Shown here: piece after piece, positions 7,283 through 16,329 of the stretch
How the letters are laid out: each line of letters begins with the position of its first letter
Numbering within the stretch: the stretch's first letter is position 1
Virus record (IMG/VR): IMGVR_UViG_3300030380_005307
Location: 1 to 58,602 of that record
Origin: a virus
Lineage: Duplodnaviria; Caudoviricetes
Strand: one strand, 5' to 3'
DNA length: 58,602 nt
Program-made: the position numbers and the translations under genes
Notes under the pieces: generated by a model
What the model saw: only the letters and a program-made list of their open reading frames with translations
Database searches by the model: none
Told to the model about the DNA's origin: nothing

Positions 7283-7600
7283 ATGAGAATATCAGGGAAG
7301 AAAATGAAGAGAACAAATAAAATAATGGTAATAATTAAAAACTTTGGTAAACGACATGGGTATGGCACAAATATCCATGTCGCTTTTATCATTAACGCTT
7401 TTTATAAACGTAGAGCGGGTGCAAATCTTGATATATTTGTAGAATCAATTGTTAATCATAATGGGATACAATTTATATCCTTACGAGAAAACGGAACTAA
7501 TAACTATTTAAATTTGGATTATATTGAAAAGTATGATCTGTACGAAATAATTATTAACGAAGTAAATAAAGACTATGAAAGCAGTTTTACAATATATTAA
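7283..7600 (+). CDS. Hypothetical protein (start may be 7325)
   Basis: ORF track. Confidence 0.6.
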   Translation: MRISGKKMKRTNKIMVIIKNFGKRHGYGTNIHVAFIINAFYKRRAGANLDIFVESIVNHNGIQFISLRENGTNNYLNLDYIEKYDLYEIIINEVNKDYESSFTIY

Positions 7601-7826
7601 AACCAAGCGAAAACAACGCAAATTGAGAATTGGTGAGCGTGATAAACTTTGGGATCAGTTAATAAAGAACGACCAAAAATGTAGAGAATTAAGGCTACAA
7701 CTGGCCAGGAAAAACAAGAAGGCTTTGACAAGACAAGATTACATTATTAACGACGATAAGGTTAGACAAATCATCTATTTATCACTACAACAACTTAAAA
7801 TTAAAAACCAACTAAAATATGATTAA
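7575..7826 (+). CDS. Basic hypothetical protein
   Basis: ORF track. Confidence 0.65.
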   Translation: MKAVLQYIKTKRKQRKLRIGERDKLWDQLIKNDQKCRELRLQLARKNKKALTRQDYIINDDKVRQIIYLSLQQLKIKNQLKYD

Positions 7827-7977
7827 AATTAAAGACGAATCGGTAGACAACCCAAACGATATAGGATATCTGCGGGCGAGTAATTATTTTTTACGCGAAG
7901 AAAATAAAAAATTAAAAGACAAACTATCGAATGTAAGTAAGTCATTGCATGATAGCTATCTTTTTACAAGAAAATAG
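7819..7977 (+). CDS. Small coiled-coil protein (52 aa)
   Basis: Manual translation MIKIKDESVDNPND...; ends before the terminator. Confidence 0.6.
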   Translation: MIKIKDESVDNPNDIGYLRASNYFLREENKKLKDKLSNVSKSLHDSYLFTRK

Positions 7978-8000
7978 TTTTGTTTGTTTGTTGATGATTG

Positions 8001-8029
8001 GGGGAAACTTTAGAGTTTCCCCTTTTTTT
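8001..8029 (+). terminator. Intrinsic terminator ending the early operon
   Basis: GGGGAAACT-TTAG-AGTTTCCCC followed by T7. Confidence 0.85.
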
Positions 8030-8030
8030 A

Positions 8031-8261
8031 TTATTTCTTAGCATCCAACAAACCTCGTTCGTATTCCAGTTGTTTTTCAATCTGAAGGATACGATCTTCA
8101 AGTTTATTTATAACAATAATCTTTTTGTCAAGACGTTCATGCACCATAGTTAGTTCATTCTTGATGGCAGTAAACTCAGCGAATATACCACCTGCAGTAA
8201 AGACTGCAACCAAAAAAGAAATGACCAGAGATAAGTTATTTTTTAGGAAAGTATCTGCCAT
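8031..8261 (-). CDS. Small membrane-anchored coiled-coil protein
   Basis: N-terminal hydrophobic helix followed by a heptad region; lone - strand gene. Confidence 0.7.
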   Translation of the reverse strand: MADTFLKNNLSLVISFLVAVFTAGGIFAEFTAIKNELTMVHERLDKKIIVINKLEDRILQIEKQLEYERGLLDAKK

Positions 8262-8282
8262 ATGGTAAAGGTAAAAAAAATT

Positions 8283-8440
8283 ACTTTCCCATTACAGAAC
8301 ACGTAAAAAATACGTTTTAAGCACGTTTTTAACACGTAGACAAAACAAGGGTTTGAAAAAAAAACATTGGTTTTTTCCATACTTTCCAAACTTTCCAACC
8401 TTTTATTTAAATTATATCAATAAAATATATTATCTTTATG
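8283..8440. promoter_or_regulatory. Divergent control region with phased repeats
   Basis: ACGT x4 at exactly 11-bp spacing (8301, 8312, 8323, 8334); TTTCCA x3 at 9-bp spacing (8374, 8383, 8392); TATCTTTA -7 variant at 8431. Confidence 0.55.
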
Positions 8441-8464
8441 AAAATTTAATTTAATATTAATCAA

Positions 8465-8656
8465 ATGCGTTTAACCAACAACCCAAGCATTGATGCGTTC
8501 GCTGATGACGAGTATCAATCCCAAGAGTTTATCAATAAACCAGAGAGAGAGCGAAAGCAAAAGCCTATCGCTACCTCTGATGATTTGATCTCTTTAGGTC
8601 GTGCAATCAGCACTGACCCTAACATTAACCCTTTATTTAAAATTTTATTCAAATGA
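8465..8656 (+). CDS. Hypothetical protein
   Basis: ORF track; first gene of the replication operon. Confidence 0.65.
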   Translation: MRLTNNPSIDAFADDEYQSQEFINKPERERKQKPIATSDDLISLGRAISTDPNINPLFKILFK

Positions 8657-8952
8657 AGCAGTACATTTTTGACCAGTTTGTTGAGAACATTCTCAAGCAT
8701 ACTGGGTTTACAAAGGAACAACTCTTTGCTAATAATCGTAAGAGTGATGTTTCGGATGCGAGAAAATTTTTGTATAAGCTATGTAAAGATCGAGGCCTAT
8801 CCAACAAAGCTATTGAAACGTACATGGAAGAGAATGGTTATATATGTTATTCAAACACCATCCCTCAAGCATTATCTACGCTTGAAAAACAAATAGCAAA
8901 TGATCCTGACTACTCGGTGATCTTACAAAAATTGTCTAACGTAGATGCTTGA
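8653..8952 (+). CDS. DnaA C-terminal (domain IV)-like HTH DNA-binding protein
   Basis: FTKEQLFANNRKSDVSDARKFLYKLCKDRGLSNKAI resembles the DnaA_C signature (L...R...V..AR...YL......S...I). Confidence 0.6.
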   Translation: MKQYIFDQFVENILKHTGFTKEQLFANNRKSDVSDARKFLYKLCKDRGLSNKAIETYMEENGYICYSNTIPQALSTLEKQIANDPDYSVILQKLSNVDA

Positions 8953-9328
8953 CCTGAAGGATATATATATTCAAGCTGAAGATGATCCTGCGACAACAAA
9001 TTTAGATGGCAAAGGATACGATGCTCAAATGTTGCATGGAGTACAAATTATGCGTGACCATGCTACAGAGAATATTAAAATTTTTAATCCAAGAGGTAAA
9101 GAATACTACGATGAACTCACTTCAGCTGAATATGAATTATTCAACCAAGGGTGGCGTAAAGGTGTTTTAAATTTAGTTCTCCAGGTATATAGAAATCGCT
9201 TGGATGTTATTGAAAAAAAAATACCTCAAGTATTAAATAACCACAAGACGTTGTCTGCTTTAAAAGAGAGAAGGAGTGGACTACTTAAAAAGTATTTCAA
9301 ACTAACACAAAAGTTAAACCAACTATGA
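8945..9328 (+). CDS. Hypothetical protein
   Basis: ORF track. Confidence 0.75.
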   Translation: MLDLKDIYIQAEDDPATTNLDGKGYDAQMLHGVQIMRDHATENIKIFNPRGKEYYDELTSAEYELFNQGWRKGVLNLVLQVYRNRLDVIEKKIPQVLNNHKTLSALKERRSGLLKKYFKLTQKLNQL

Positions 9329-9930
9329 AAAATTATTACAAAGCATTGGCAGGATTTCAACAAGAATGTCCTGTCTTATTAAAGGATACCGATGGGTACA
9401 ACTATAAATACATTGATCTGCCGAAGATCATCCACACAATCAATCCTCTGATGAAAAAGTACGGATTAGGTTTCACACAAAAATTAGGGACAAACAAAGA
9501 AACGCAACAACCATGTCTAACCACAACTATCTTTCACTTTGAGAGTGGTGAGTTTGATACCGATACTGTTGACATTCCTATAGTGGATATGAAGAGCCAA
9601 AACTTATATCAATCTCTTGGTTCGGGAACTACTTATTTCAGGAGGTATGCGTTGTCATGTCAACTCGGTATAGTTAGTGATAAAGACCTTGATGCGTATG
9701 GGGAAGAAACTAAACCAGTAGCTAAAAAGGAATTAGACTTAGGAGTTCCAAAAAAGAAAAGCAATGTTCCAACTGGTAATGTACCTGACGATTTAATTAC
9801 CATCAAAAAAGGTGTTGATAATGGTAAAGATTTAGAAAAGGATATTATTCCTTGGCTAAAAAAAACATACGATGATCTAACAATCAAACAAATTAAAAAA
9901 CAAGCACATGAGCAAGAAATTATCAAATAA
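9325..9930 (+). CDS. ERF-family single-strand annealing protein
   Basis: YKYIDL...GLGFTQ and QSLGSGTTYFRRYAL...GI...DLD ERF motifs. Confidence 0.85.
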   Translation: MKNYYKALAGFQQECPVLLKDTDGYNYKYIDLPKIIHTINPLMKKYGLGFTQKLGTNKETQQPCLTTTIFHFESGEFDTDTVDIPIVDMKSQNLYQSLGSGTTYFRRYALSCQLGIVSDKDLDAYGEETKPVAKKELDLGVPKKKSNVPTGNVPDDLITIKKGVDNGKDLEKDIIPWLKKTYDDLTIKQIKKQAHEQEIIK

Positions 9931-10720
9931 GCAAATTATTAAGAAACTAAGGGATGATGAAAACTACTACGGTGAGTTTGGTAAGCAATGGCTGTCTAAC
10001 TCAAACATCCAAGATTTACAACCAAAAACATTTAAGCAGTTTGGTAGGGCCCAAGAAGACAATGAAAACTTTATCAAGGGAAGGTATTTTCATCAGCTTA
10101 TTTTGGAACCCAACAAAGCAGTAAGTTTTCCAGTTTTTACAGAAACTAAAACAAGGGGGGCCAAATATGAAAAATATCTACAGGACAAAGGTATAACGTC
10201 TGCCATACTCGAACACGAGGCTATATTAATGGAAGAGTTAAGAGATGAATTATTAAACATAAAAAATTATGGTGGTGCTAAACAACAAGTGGCTGATCTT
10301 ATAACAGACAAGGATGCTGAGTATGAGGTTCCAATAATTGGGGAGATTTTTGGTCACCCCTTTAAAGCTAAAGCTGACATTATCTCACAAGGAATTATTA
10401 TAGATCTTAAAACTACAACGGCAAAGAACGACCAAGAATTTGTTTGGTTGGGCAAGAACAAATATTTCTATGACACCCAAGCTTACATCTATCAAACGTT
10501 ATTTGATAAGCCTATGACGTTTATTGCTATAGATAAAAATAAAAAAGTCTATGGCGATACTGGTGAAAGTTACCATGAGATATATGTCTGTCCAGTTAGC
10601 GAAGAAAGTGTTTTAGAGGGCAAAAAAAAGGTAGAATCTGCTATACAGATTTATGAACATTATTATGGTAAAGACAAAAAAGAAGACATTAGAAATGTAA
10701 TATATAATCTTAAATTTTAA
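9908..10720 (+). CDS. PD-(D/E)XK exonuclease (RecE/DUF3799-like)
   Basis: LSNS, G..FH..ILEP, E.P, KAKADI...IIDLKTT and Y..QAYIY motifs; adjacent to ERF. Confidence 0.8.
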   Translation: MSKKLSNKQIIKKLRDDENYYGEFGKQWLSNSNIQDLQPKTFKQFGRAQEDNENFIKGRYFHQLILEPNKAVSFPVFTETKTRGAKYEKYLQDKGITSAILEHEAILMEELRDELLNIKNYGGAKQQVADLITDKDAEYEVPIIGEIFGHPFKAKADIISQGIIIDLKTTTAKNDQEFVWLGKNKYFYDTQAYIYQTLFDKPMTFIAIDKNKKVYGDTGESYHEIYVCPVSEESVLEGKKKVESAIQIYEHYYGKDKKEDIRNVIYNLKF

Positions 10721-10723
10721 ACT

Positions 10724-10987
10724 ATGAGTGAATTTGTACATCAACCTGGAAGGGGAAGTATTTTTAAAAACGACAGTAAACAAGGCAAACAACCCGACTA
10801 TACCGGCAAAGGAAAAGATATTGAGGGAAGAGATATTGAAATAGCCGCTTGGGTAGCAACAAGTGAAAAAGGGAACAAGTATCTTTCTATTAAAATGCAA
10901 TATCCCAAAACAGAAGAAGATAAGGTACCAAAGAAGGCACCTGAGCCAAAGATAGAAGAGCCTGAAGACCCTGATTTACCATTTTAG
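10724..10987 (+). CDS. Putative ssDNA-binding protein (DUF736-like)
   Basis: FKN...QPDYTG...AAW...G.KYLS core with an acidic tail ending DLPF. Confidence 0.65.
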   Translation: MSEFVHQPGRGSIFKNDSKQGKQPDYTGKGKDIEGRDIEIAAWVATSEKGNKYLSIKMQYPKTEEDKVPKKAPEPKIEEPEDPDLPF

Positions 10988-11004
10988 GTAACCCCAACTA
11001 AACT

Positions 11005-11033
11005 AGGGGGAGTTATGCTCCTCCTTTTTTTTT
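11005..11033 (+). terminator. Intrinsic terminator
   Basis: GGGGGAG-TTATG-CTCCTCC stem followed by a T-run. Confidence 0.75.
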
Positions 11034-11214
11034 GTGTCAAGTGTTAAATTTATTTTACTTTACTTATTTATTTATTATTATATATATATTTACTTTTTTT
11101 AAATCTGTAATGAAACTCAAAACCAACATTTTCAACACTATGCAATCTATTGCAAGGATACACAAATAATAATCAACATAAATCCAACACCAACATGTCA
11201 AATATCGTCACAAT
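11034..11214. repeat. Origin-like region B upstream of the primase-helicase
   Basis: GTGTCAA-GTGTTAA, then a ~60-bp AT-rich tract, then CAACAT/CAACAC repeats; same layout as 1157-1313. Confidence 0.6.
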
Positions 11215-13609
11215 ATTTAAAAATATTAACTCAACTACCTCTCCTTTTTTTAGAGAAGTAGAAATAATTTTAAAAAGAATTAAAGAGGGTGCCTCAAAAG
11301 ATTTAGTAATATCGATCAGAAAAGAGCAAGATAAGTCAAAACGAAATGAGTTAAAAAAACAACTACCATCAATTTGTTTTAGCGGTCAGTTTAATAAAAG
11401 GTCAGACGTTTCTCTGCAAGAACATAGTGGACTAATATGTTTAGATTTTGATGGCTATTTAAAAAAGCAAGAACTCTTATCTGACAAAACTAAATTTTCT
11501 AAAAACAAATATGTTTATTCTGTATTCATATCTCCATCTGGTAAAGGGCTAAAAGTTTTAGTTAAGATACCACCCAAACCTGAAAACCACATTGGTTATT
11601 TTAATGCTTTAGAAAAACATTTTAAATCACAATACTTTGACAAAACATCAAAGAATATAAGCCGAGTCTGTTATGAATCTTATGATCCACTAATTGAAAT
11701 AAACCAAGACTCTTTTGTGTGGGAAGAATATGAGGAAATAGAATATAAAGAAGTAAACGCTAACAATGGTATAACTACCATACCTATTACAGATGAAAAC
11801 AAAATAGTAAGCATACTTGTTAAATGGTGGCAAAAAAAATATCCAATGACAGAAGGGCAAAGAAATCAAAATGCTTTTATTCTTGCAATGGCCTTTAATG
11901 ATTTTGGAATATCTTCTACAACAGCATCACTTGTTATAAGTCAGTATCAAAGCAAAGATTTTAATTCAACAGAAATATCTAAAACAATAAAATCTGCATA
12001 TGCAAATACTAAAAACTTTAATACTAAATATTACGAGGATCAAGATAAGCTAGATGAGATACAACAAAGGCTTAGAAGAGGTGAGTCAAAAAAAGTAATA
12101 CGTCAAGACTTAGAGGAGTCGAGCTTGGCGGATGAGGTTATAGACTCCGTGATCCAAACTGCTGAAGAAAATAATTCTGTAAAGTTTTGGACGTTAAGCA
12201 AAAAAGGTGTTGTAAAATCTATTCCTTTAATATTTAAAAGGTTTTTAGAATCCAATGGGTTTTTTAAATTTTGTCCAGAAGGGCAAAAAAATTATGTATT
12301 TGTTAAAGTTACTAACAATCTTATTGATCATACAACAGAAAAAGATATTAAAGATTTTATTCTTAATCATTTACTTGATTTGGAGGACATGGCTATATAT
12401 AACTACTTTGCTGATCAAACTAGGTTATTTAAAGAGGACTTTCTTTCGTTACTAGGAACTATTGATATTTATTTTATTGAAGATACACTAGATACTTCTT
12501 ATCTATATTATCAGAATTGTGCAGTAAAGATTACAAAAAACAAGGTTGAGGCCATTGATTATCTTGAATTAGATGGGTATGTTTGGAAAGATCATGTCAT
12601 AAACAGACCATACAAATCTTGCAAAGAACTAGACAATGATTTCAAATTGTTTTTGGATAATGTTGCTGATAAAAAAACAGACAGAATAATAAGTCTAGAA
12701 TCAACACTAGGGTATTTAATGCATGCTCACAAAAATATATCTTACTGCCCTGCTGTAATATTAAACGATGAACACATATCAGATACAGCAAATGGTGGAA
12801 CTGGTAAAGGTATTTGGCTACAAGCCGTAGGTCACATGAAAAAAGTAGTAATGATTGATGGTAAATCTTTTGCTTTTGAGCAATCCTTTCCATATCAGCT
12901 TGTGTCAGCCGATACGCAAGTGATTGTTTTTGATGATGTAAAAAAATACTTTGATTTTGAAAGACTGTTTAGTGTTGTCACCGAAGGACTAACCCTTGAG
13001 AAAAAGAACAAGGATGCTATTAAAATTCCTTTTTCAAAATCTCCTAAAGTTGTAATAACAACCAACTACACCATAAAGGGCGCAGGTACATCATTCGCCA
13101 GGCGTAGGTGGGAGCTAGAATTAGCATCCCATTATAACGATAAGTATACGCCTATGGATGATTTTGGTAGGTTTATATTTGGTGAGGAGTGGGATGAAAA
13201 TGATTGGTGTAAGTTTGACAATTATATGATAAGCAATCTCCAATTATACTTAAAGGAGGGATTAATTGTAAGTGAATCTGTAAATGGGGAAATGAAAAGA
13301 TTTATCATGGAAACCAACGGAGATTTTTGTGAGTGGTGTGGACTTACAGACACTAGTCAATCTAATCCTATGTTACAAGTAAACACTAGAATAAGGCTTA
13401 ATGATATATACTATGATTTTGTTAACGCATACCCTGATTATGCTAGAGGCTCAAAATTTTCTGTATCTCATTTTAAGTTTAAAAACTGGATGATTTCATA
13501 TTCTAAATATACCCAAGGAATAGAAGCCGAAATAGGTAGAAGTAATGATGGTAAATGGATAAGAATTCGTCCAAGTAGCGAAACTCAGATTCAACAAAAA
13601 CTTATATGA
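11195..13609 (+). CDS. Primase-helicase (BT4734/VirE-N-like primase domain, PriCT-like domain, SF3-type helicase)
   Basis: KKQLP...FSG.F...SGLICLDFD, FISPSGKGLK, EGQRN; Walker A GGTGKG and Walker B IVFDD. Likely ATG is 11195. Confidence 0.85.
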   Translation: MSNIVTIFKNINSTTSPFFREVEIILKRIKEGASKDLVISIRKEQDKSKRNELKKQLPSICFSGQFNKRSDVSLQEHSGLICLDFDGYLKKQELLSDKTKFSKNKYVYSVFISPSGKGLKVLVKIPPKPENHIGYFNALEKHFKSQYFDKTSKNISRVCYESYDPLIEINQDSFVWEEYEEIEYKEVNANNGITTIPITDENKIVSILVKWWQKKYPMTEGQRNQNAFILAMAFNDFGISSTTASLVISQYQSKDFNSTEISKTIKSAYANTKNFNTKYYEDQDKLDEIQQRLRRGESKKVIRQDLEESSLADEVIDSVIQTAEENNSVKFWTLSKKGVVKSIPLIFKRFLESNGFFKFCPEGQKNYVFVKVTNNLIDHTTEKDIKDFILNHLLDLEDMAIYNYFADQTRLFKEDFLSLLGTIDIYFIEDTLDTSYLYYQNCAVKITKNKVEAIDYLELDGYVWKDHVINRPYKSCKELDNDFKLFLDNVADKKTDRIISLESTLGYLMHAHKNISYCPAVILNDEHISDTANGGTGKGIWLQAVGHMKKVVMIDGKSFAFEQSFPYQLVSADTQVIVFDDVKKYFDFERLFSVVTEGLTLEKKNKDAIKIPFSKSPKVVITTNYTIKGAGTSFARRRWELELASHYNDKYTPMDDFGRFIFGEEWDENDWCKFDNYMISNLQLYLKEGLIVSESVNGEMKRFIMETNGDFCEWCGLTDTSQSNPMLQVNTRIRLNDIYYDFVNAYPDYARGSKFSVSHFKFKNWMISYSKYTQGIEAEIGRSNDGKWIRIRPSSETQIQQKLI

Positions 13610-14835
13610 AATTTAGAAACTACCAAAAGGATATTATATCTAAAGGTATAGATGTTGTTGGAGAGTATGGGTTTGTATATTTAGCTATGGAGGTTAGAAC
13701 AGGAAAGACCCTCACTAGCATGGGAATAGCTCAGGGTATGCAAGTTAAAAGCGTACTATTTATAACTAAAAAAAAAGCTATAAGTTCTATTGTATCTGAC
13801 TACAATTTGTTAAATCCTAGTTTTAAAATTGAAATTATAAACTACGAGAGTCTTCATAAAATAGAACCTAAAATTTATGATCTTGTAATACTAGATGAAG
13901 CTCATGGCATAGGAGCTTTCCCTAAGCCTAGTAAGCGTGCGAAAGATGTAAAATTTATTCTACAAAAGAACGACCCGATGGTTATATTATTGTCTGGTAC
14001 TCCTACTCCAGAATCATATAGTCAGATGTATCATCAAGTGTATGCCATACCTGGGAACCCATTTAGGGAGTACAAGAACTTTTATAGGTTTAGCGATACA
14101 CACGTAAATGTAACTCAGAGAATTATTAACGGCCTTAGTATCCGCGACTACTCCAAGGGTCAGGAAAGTATTATGGATGCCATGCAACCTTTCTTTTTGT
14201 CTTATAGTCAGAAGGAAGCTGGGTTCAAAGTTCGGACAAATGAAAAAGTAATGCACGTTAAGATGACTCCGTTTACTTATAACCTTGCTAATAAACTCAA
14301 GAATGACCTTGTGGTCCAAGGAAAAGATGAGGTGATCTTGGCTGATACCCCTGTAAAACTAATGATGAAACTACACCAGATATACTCAGGTACTGTAAAG
14401 TTTGAGAGTGGATCATCACAGATACTAGACCTAAGTAAGGCTAAGTTTATCCATAAAATTTTTAAAAATAAAAAGATTGGAATATTTTATAAGTTTAAGC
14501 AAGAGCTCCTAGCATTGAAGAAGGTATTCCAGGATAGCATTACCACAGAACTGGATGACTTTGTAAATGGCAATAAAAGTATAGCCCTGCAGATTGTAAG
14601 CGGCAGGGAAGGTATAAGTCTGAAACAAGCTGACTGTTTGGTATACTACAATATTGATTTTAGTGCAACAAGCTATTGGCAGTCACGTGATCGCATGACT
14701 ACCAAAGATAGAATTAATAATAATGTGTACTGGATATTCTCCAAGGGTGGGATTGAGGATCAGATATATAAAGCTGTAATCGGCAAGAAAGATTATACCC
14801 TCAATCACTTTAAAAAAGACTTACTTAGCTTATGA
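13606..14835 (+). CDS. SF2 (SNF2-like) DEAH helicase
   Basis: R.YQ, RTGKT, ILDEAH, LSGTP, GREGISL and QSRDR motifs. Confidence 0.9.
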   Translation: MKFRNYQKDIISKGIDVVGEYGFVYLAMEVRTGKTLTSMGIAQGMQVKSVLFITKKKAISSIVSDYNLLNPSFKIEIINYESLHKIEPKIYDLVILDEAHGIGAFPKPSKRAKDVKFILQKNDPMVILLSGTPTPESYSQMYHQVYAIPGNPFREYKNFYRFSDTHVNVTQRIINGLSIRDYSKGQESIMDAMQPFFLSYSQKEAGFKVRTNEKVMHVKMTPFTYNLANKLKNDLVVQGKDEVILADTPVKLMMKLHQIYSGTVKFESGSSQILDLSKAKFIHKIFKNKKIGIFYKFKQELLALKKVFQDSITTELDDFVNGNKSIALQIVSGREGISLKQADCLVYYNIDFSATSYWQSRDRMTTKDRINNNVYWIFSKGGIEDQIYKAVIGKKDYTLNHFKKDLLSL

Positions 14836-15626
14836 TATCAAGACCAATTATAGTTACCTCGTTATTTAATATAGGCAGGGATGTTTGGGATACATATACC
14901 GTATCCTATCACACCTACCTATGGTGGATGAAAAATACATTGTCATTAGATGCCGAGTTTGTTATATACACTGATGAACTATTGTATGACAAAATTATAG
15001 CAATTCGTAAAGAGTTTGATCCAACTATGATTAGCACTAAAATAATCAAGTGTAGTTTGAAGAACATACCGAGTTTTAAAATGTATAATAAGAGGCTTGA
15101 AATGCTAATGTACTCTGAAGACTTTAAGAAGAAAATTGTTCATCAAGTCCCTGAGATGACCAAGCCTTTGTACAATACTATTATATTTAATAAACTTGGA
15201 TTTATTAAAGATGCAAAAGATAATAAATATTTCCCTGGTGACTTTTATATTTGGGCTGACGCTGGTGGCCTTAGAGATGATCTTCAAAATTATAAAAGTA
15301 AGTCATGGCCCAACCTTGAAAAGCTAAATTTGTTGGCGTCAACAAATAAGGTTACCTTTTTTTCTCATCAACCTGATTTTAGTATAACTGATAGTGAGTA
15401 CCATGCTTTGTCTCAGATAAGATATATACAGGGGGGGAGCATCTTCTGCCCACCTGATTGCATTGATGATCTGCACGTTCAATTTAATCGAACTGTAAAC
15501 CAATGTTTAAATAGTGGATACATAGGTAGTGAAGAGAAGATTTTGGATATAACATATCACTCGGATAAGACTAAGTACAACCTAATTACTTGTGACTGGA
15601 GAGAATACTATGATAAATTTTTGTAA
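14832..15626 (+). CDS. HtrL/YibB/WlaTC-like putative glycosyltransferase
   Basis: IVTSLFNIGR, VIYTD, PE...PLY....NK..F, YIWADAG, GG.IF and SEE..L motif pattern. Confidence 0.7.
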   Translation: MISRPIIVTSLFNIGRDVWDTYTVSYHTYLWWMKNTLSLDAEFVIYTDELLYDKIIAIRKEFDPTMISTKIIKCSLKNIPSFKMYNKRLEMLMYSEDFKKKIVHQVPEMTKPLYNTIIFNKLGFIKDAKDNKYFPGDFYIWADAGGLRDDLQNYKSKSWPNLEKLNLLASTNKVTFFSHQPDFSITDSEYHALSQIRYIQGGSIFCPPDCIDDLHVQFNRTVNQCLNSGYIGSEEKILDITYHSDKTKYNLITCDWREYYDKFL

Positions 15627-15632
15627 AATGTC

Positions 15633-15872
15633 ATGACAGAACAGCAGATACAAGCCAAAAAGATTCAGCAACTAGAAGCTCAAGGGTACTACGTCCTAAA
15701 GCTAATTAAGACCAACAAGAATGGAATACCTGATCTAGTAGCACTGCATGTGGGTAGGCCTGCCTTATTTGTGGAGTGCAAAACAAAAAAGGGTAGGGTG
15801 TCAAAACTTCAAGAGTATAGGCTCAAGGAACTAGAGGATCTAGGATTTATATGTGAAATATACAGAGGATAA
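15633..15872 (+). CDS. VRR-NUC domain nuclease (resolvase-like)
   Basis: TEQQIQ, GIPDL, FVECK and S.LQ motifs. Confidence 0.88.
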   Translation: MTEQQIQAKKIQQLEAQGYYVLKLIKTNKNGIPDLVALHVGRPALFVECKTKKGRVSKLQEYRLKELEDLGFICEIYRG

Positions 15873-15897
15873 ATATATTTTTTATAATTTAGTGAGC

Positions 15898-16089
15898 ATG
15901 AATGGTTTGACTCCAATAGAAAACAAAAGAATACAAAATATAAATTTTGTAATGGGCGAACTTCACTCTTCACTTAATAATATATACGAACACTTGATGG
16001 ATAAAGAGTATACCACGCTTAGAGGTGAGGTAAATAATTTAACAAAAAAGCTTCGTAATGTTGGCGAGTCAGTGACCGATGAAGTTTGA
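15898..16089 (+). CDS. Small hypothetical protein
   Basis: ORF track 15853..16089; ATG at 15898. Confidence 0.6.
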   Translation: MNGLTPIENKRIQNINFVMGELHSSLNNIYEHLMDKEYTTLRGEVNNLTKKLRNVGESVTDEV

Positions 16090-16154
16090 CCCTAATTATG
16101 ATTTTGTAGGTGCTATCTGCATCACCCTTATAGTGATGTACCTGCTGTTCTTGC

Positions 16155-16328
16155 TTATCTTTTAGGCAAGCGTCGACGTCTCCTTTGTGAAATTAACGAT
16201 GGCCTTTTCTTTTTTGGATGTATTCTTTTTGGTAGAGACCCAGACACTGTCTCCTCCTCCCACCGCGCAGCTATCTCCGGCAGGTTCTTGTACATGTACG
16301 CTCGTTGCGCTTGACTTTTGAATGGCAT
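16155..16328 (-). CDS. Small basic protein (57 aa, MPFKSQAQRAYMY...)
   Basis: Manual translation; starts right after the stop of the giant gene. Confidence 0.7.
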   Translation of the reverse strand: MPFKSQAQRAYMYKNLPEIAARWEEETVSGSLPKRIHPKKKRPSLISQRRRRRLPKR

Positions 16329-16329
16329 A

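Noticed and set aside
7279-7315. Second hammerhead at CTGATGA...GAAA
   Set aside because: No stem II between the core segments, and the CTGAT is itself paired in a CCTGAT/ATCAGG hairpin; no matching stems I and III.
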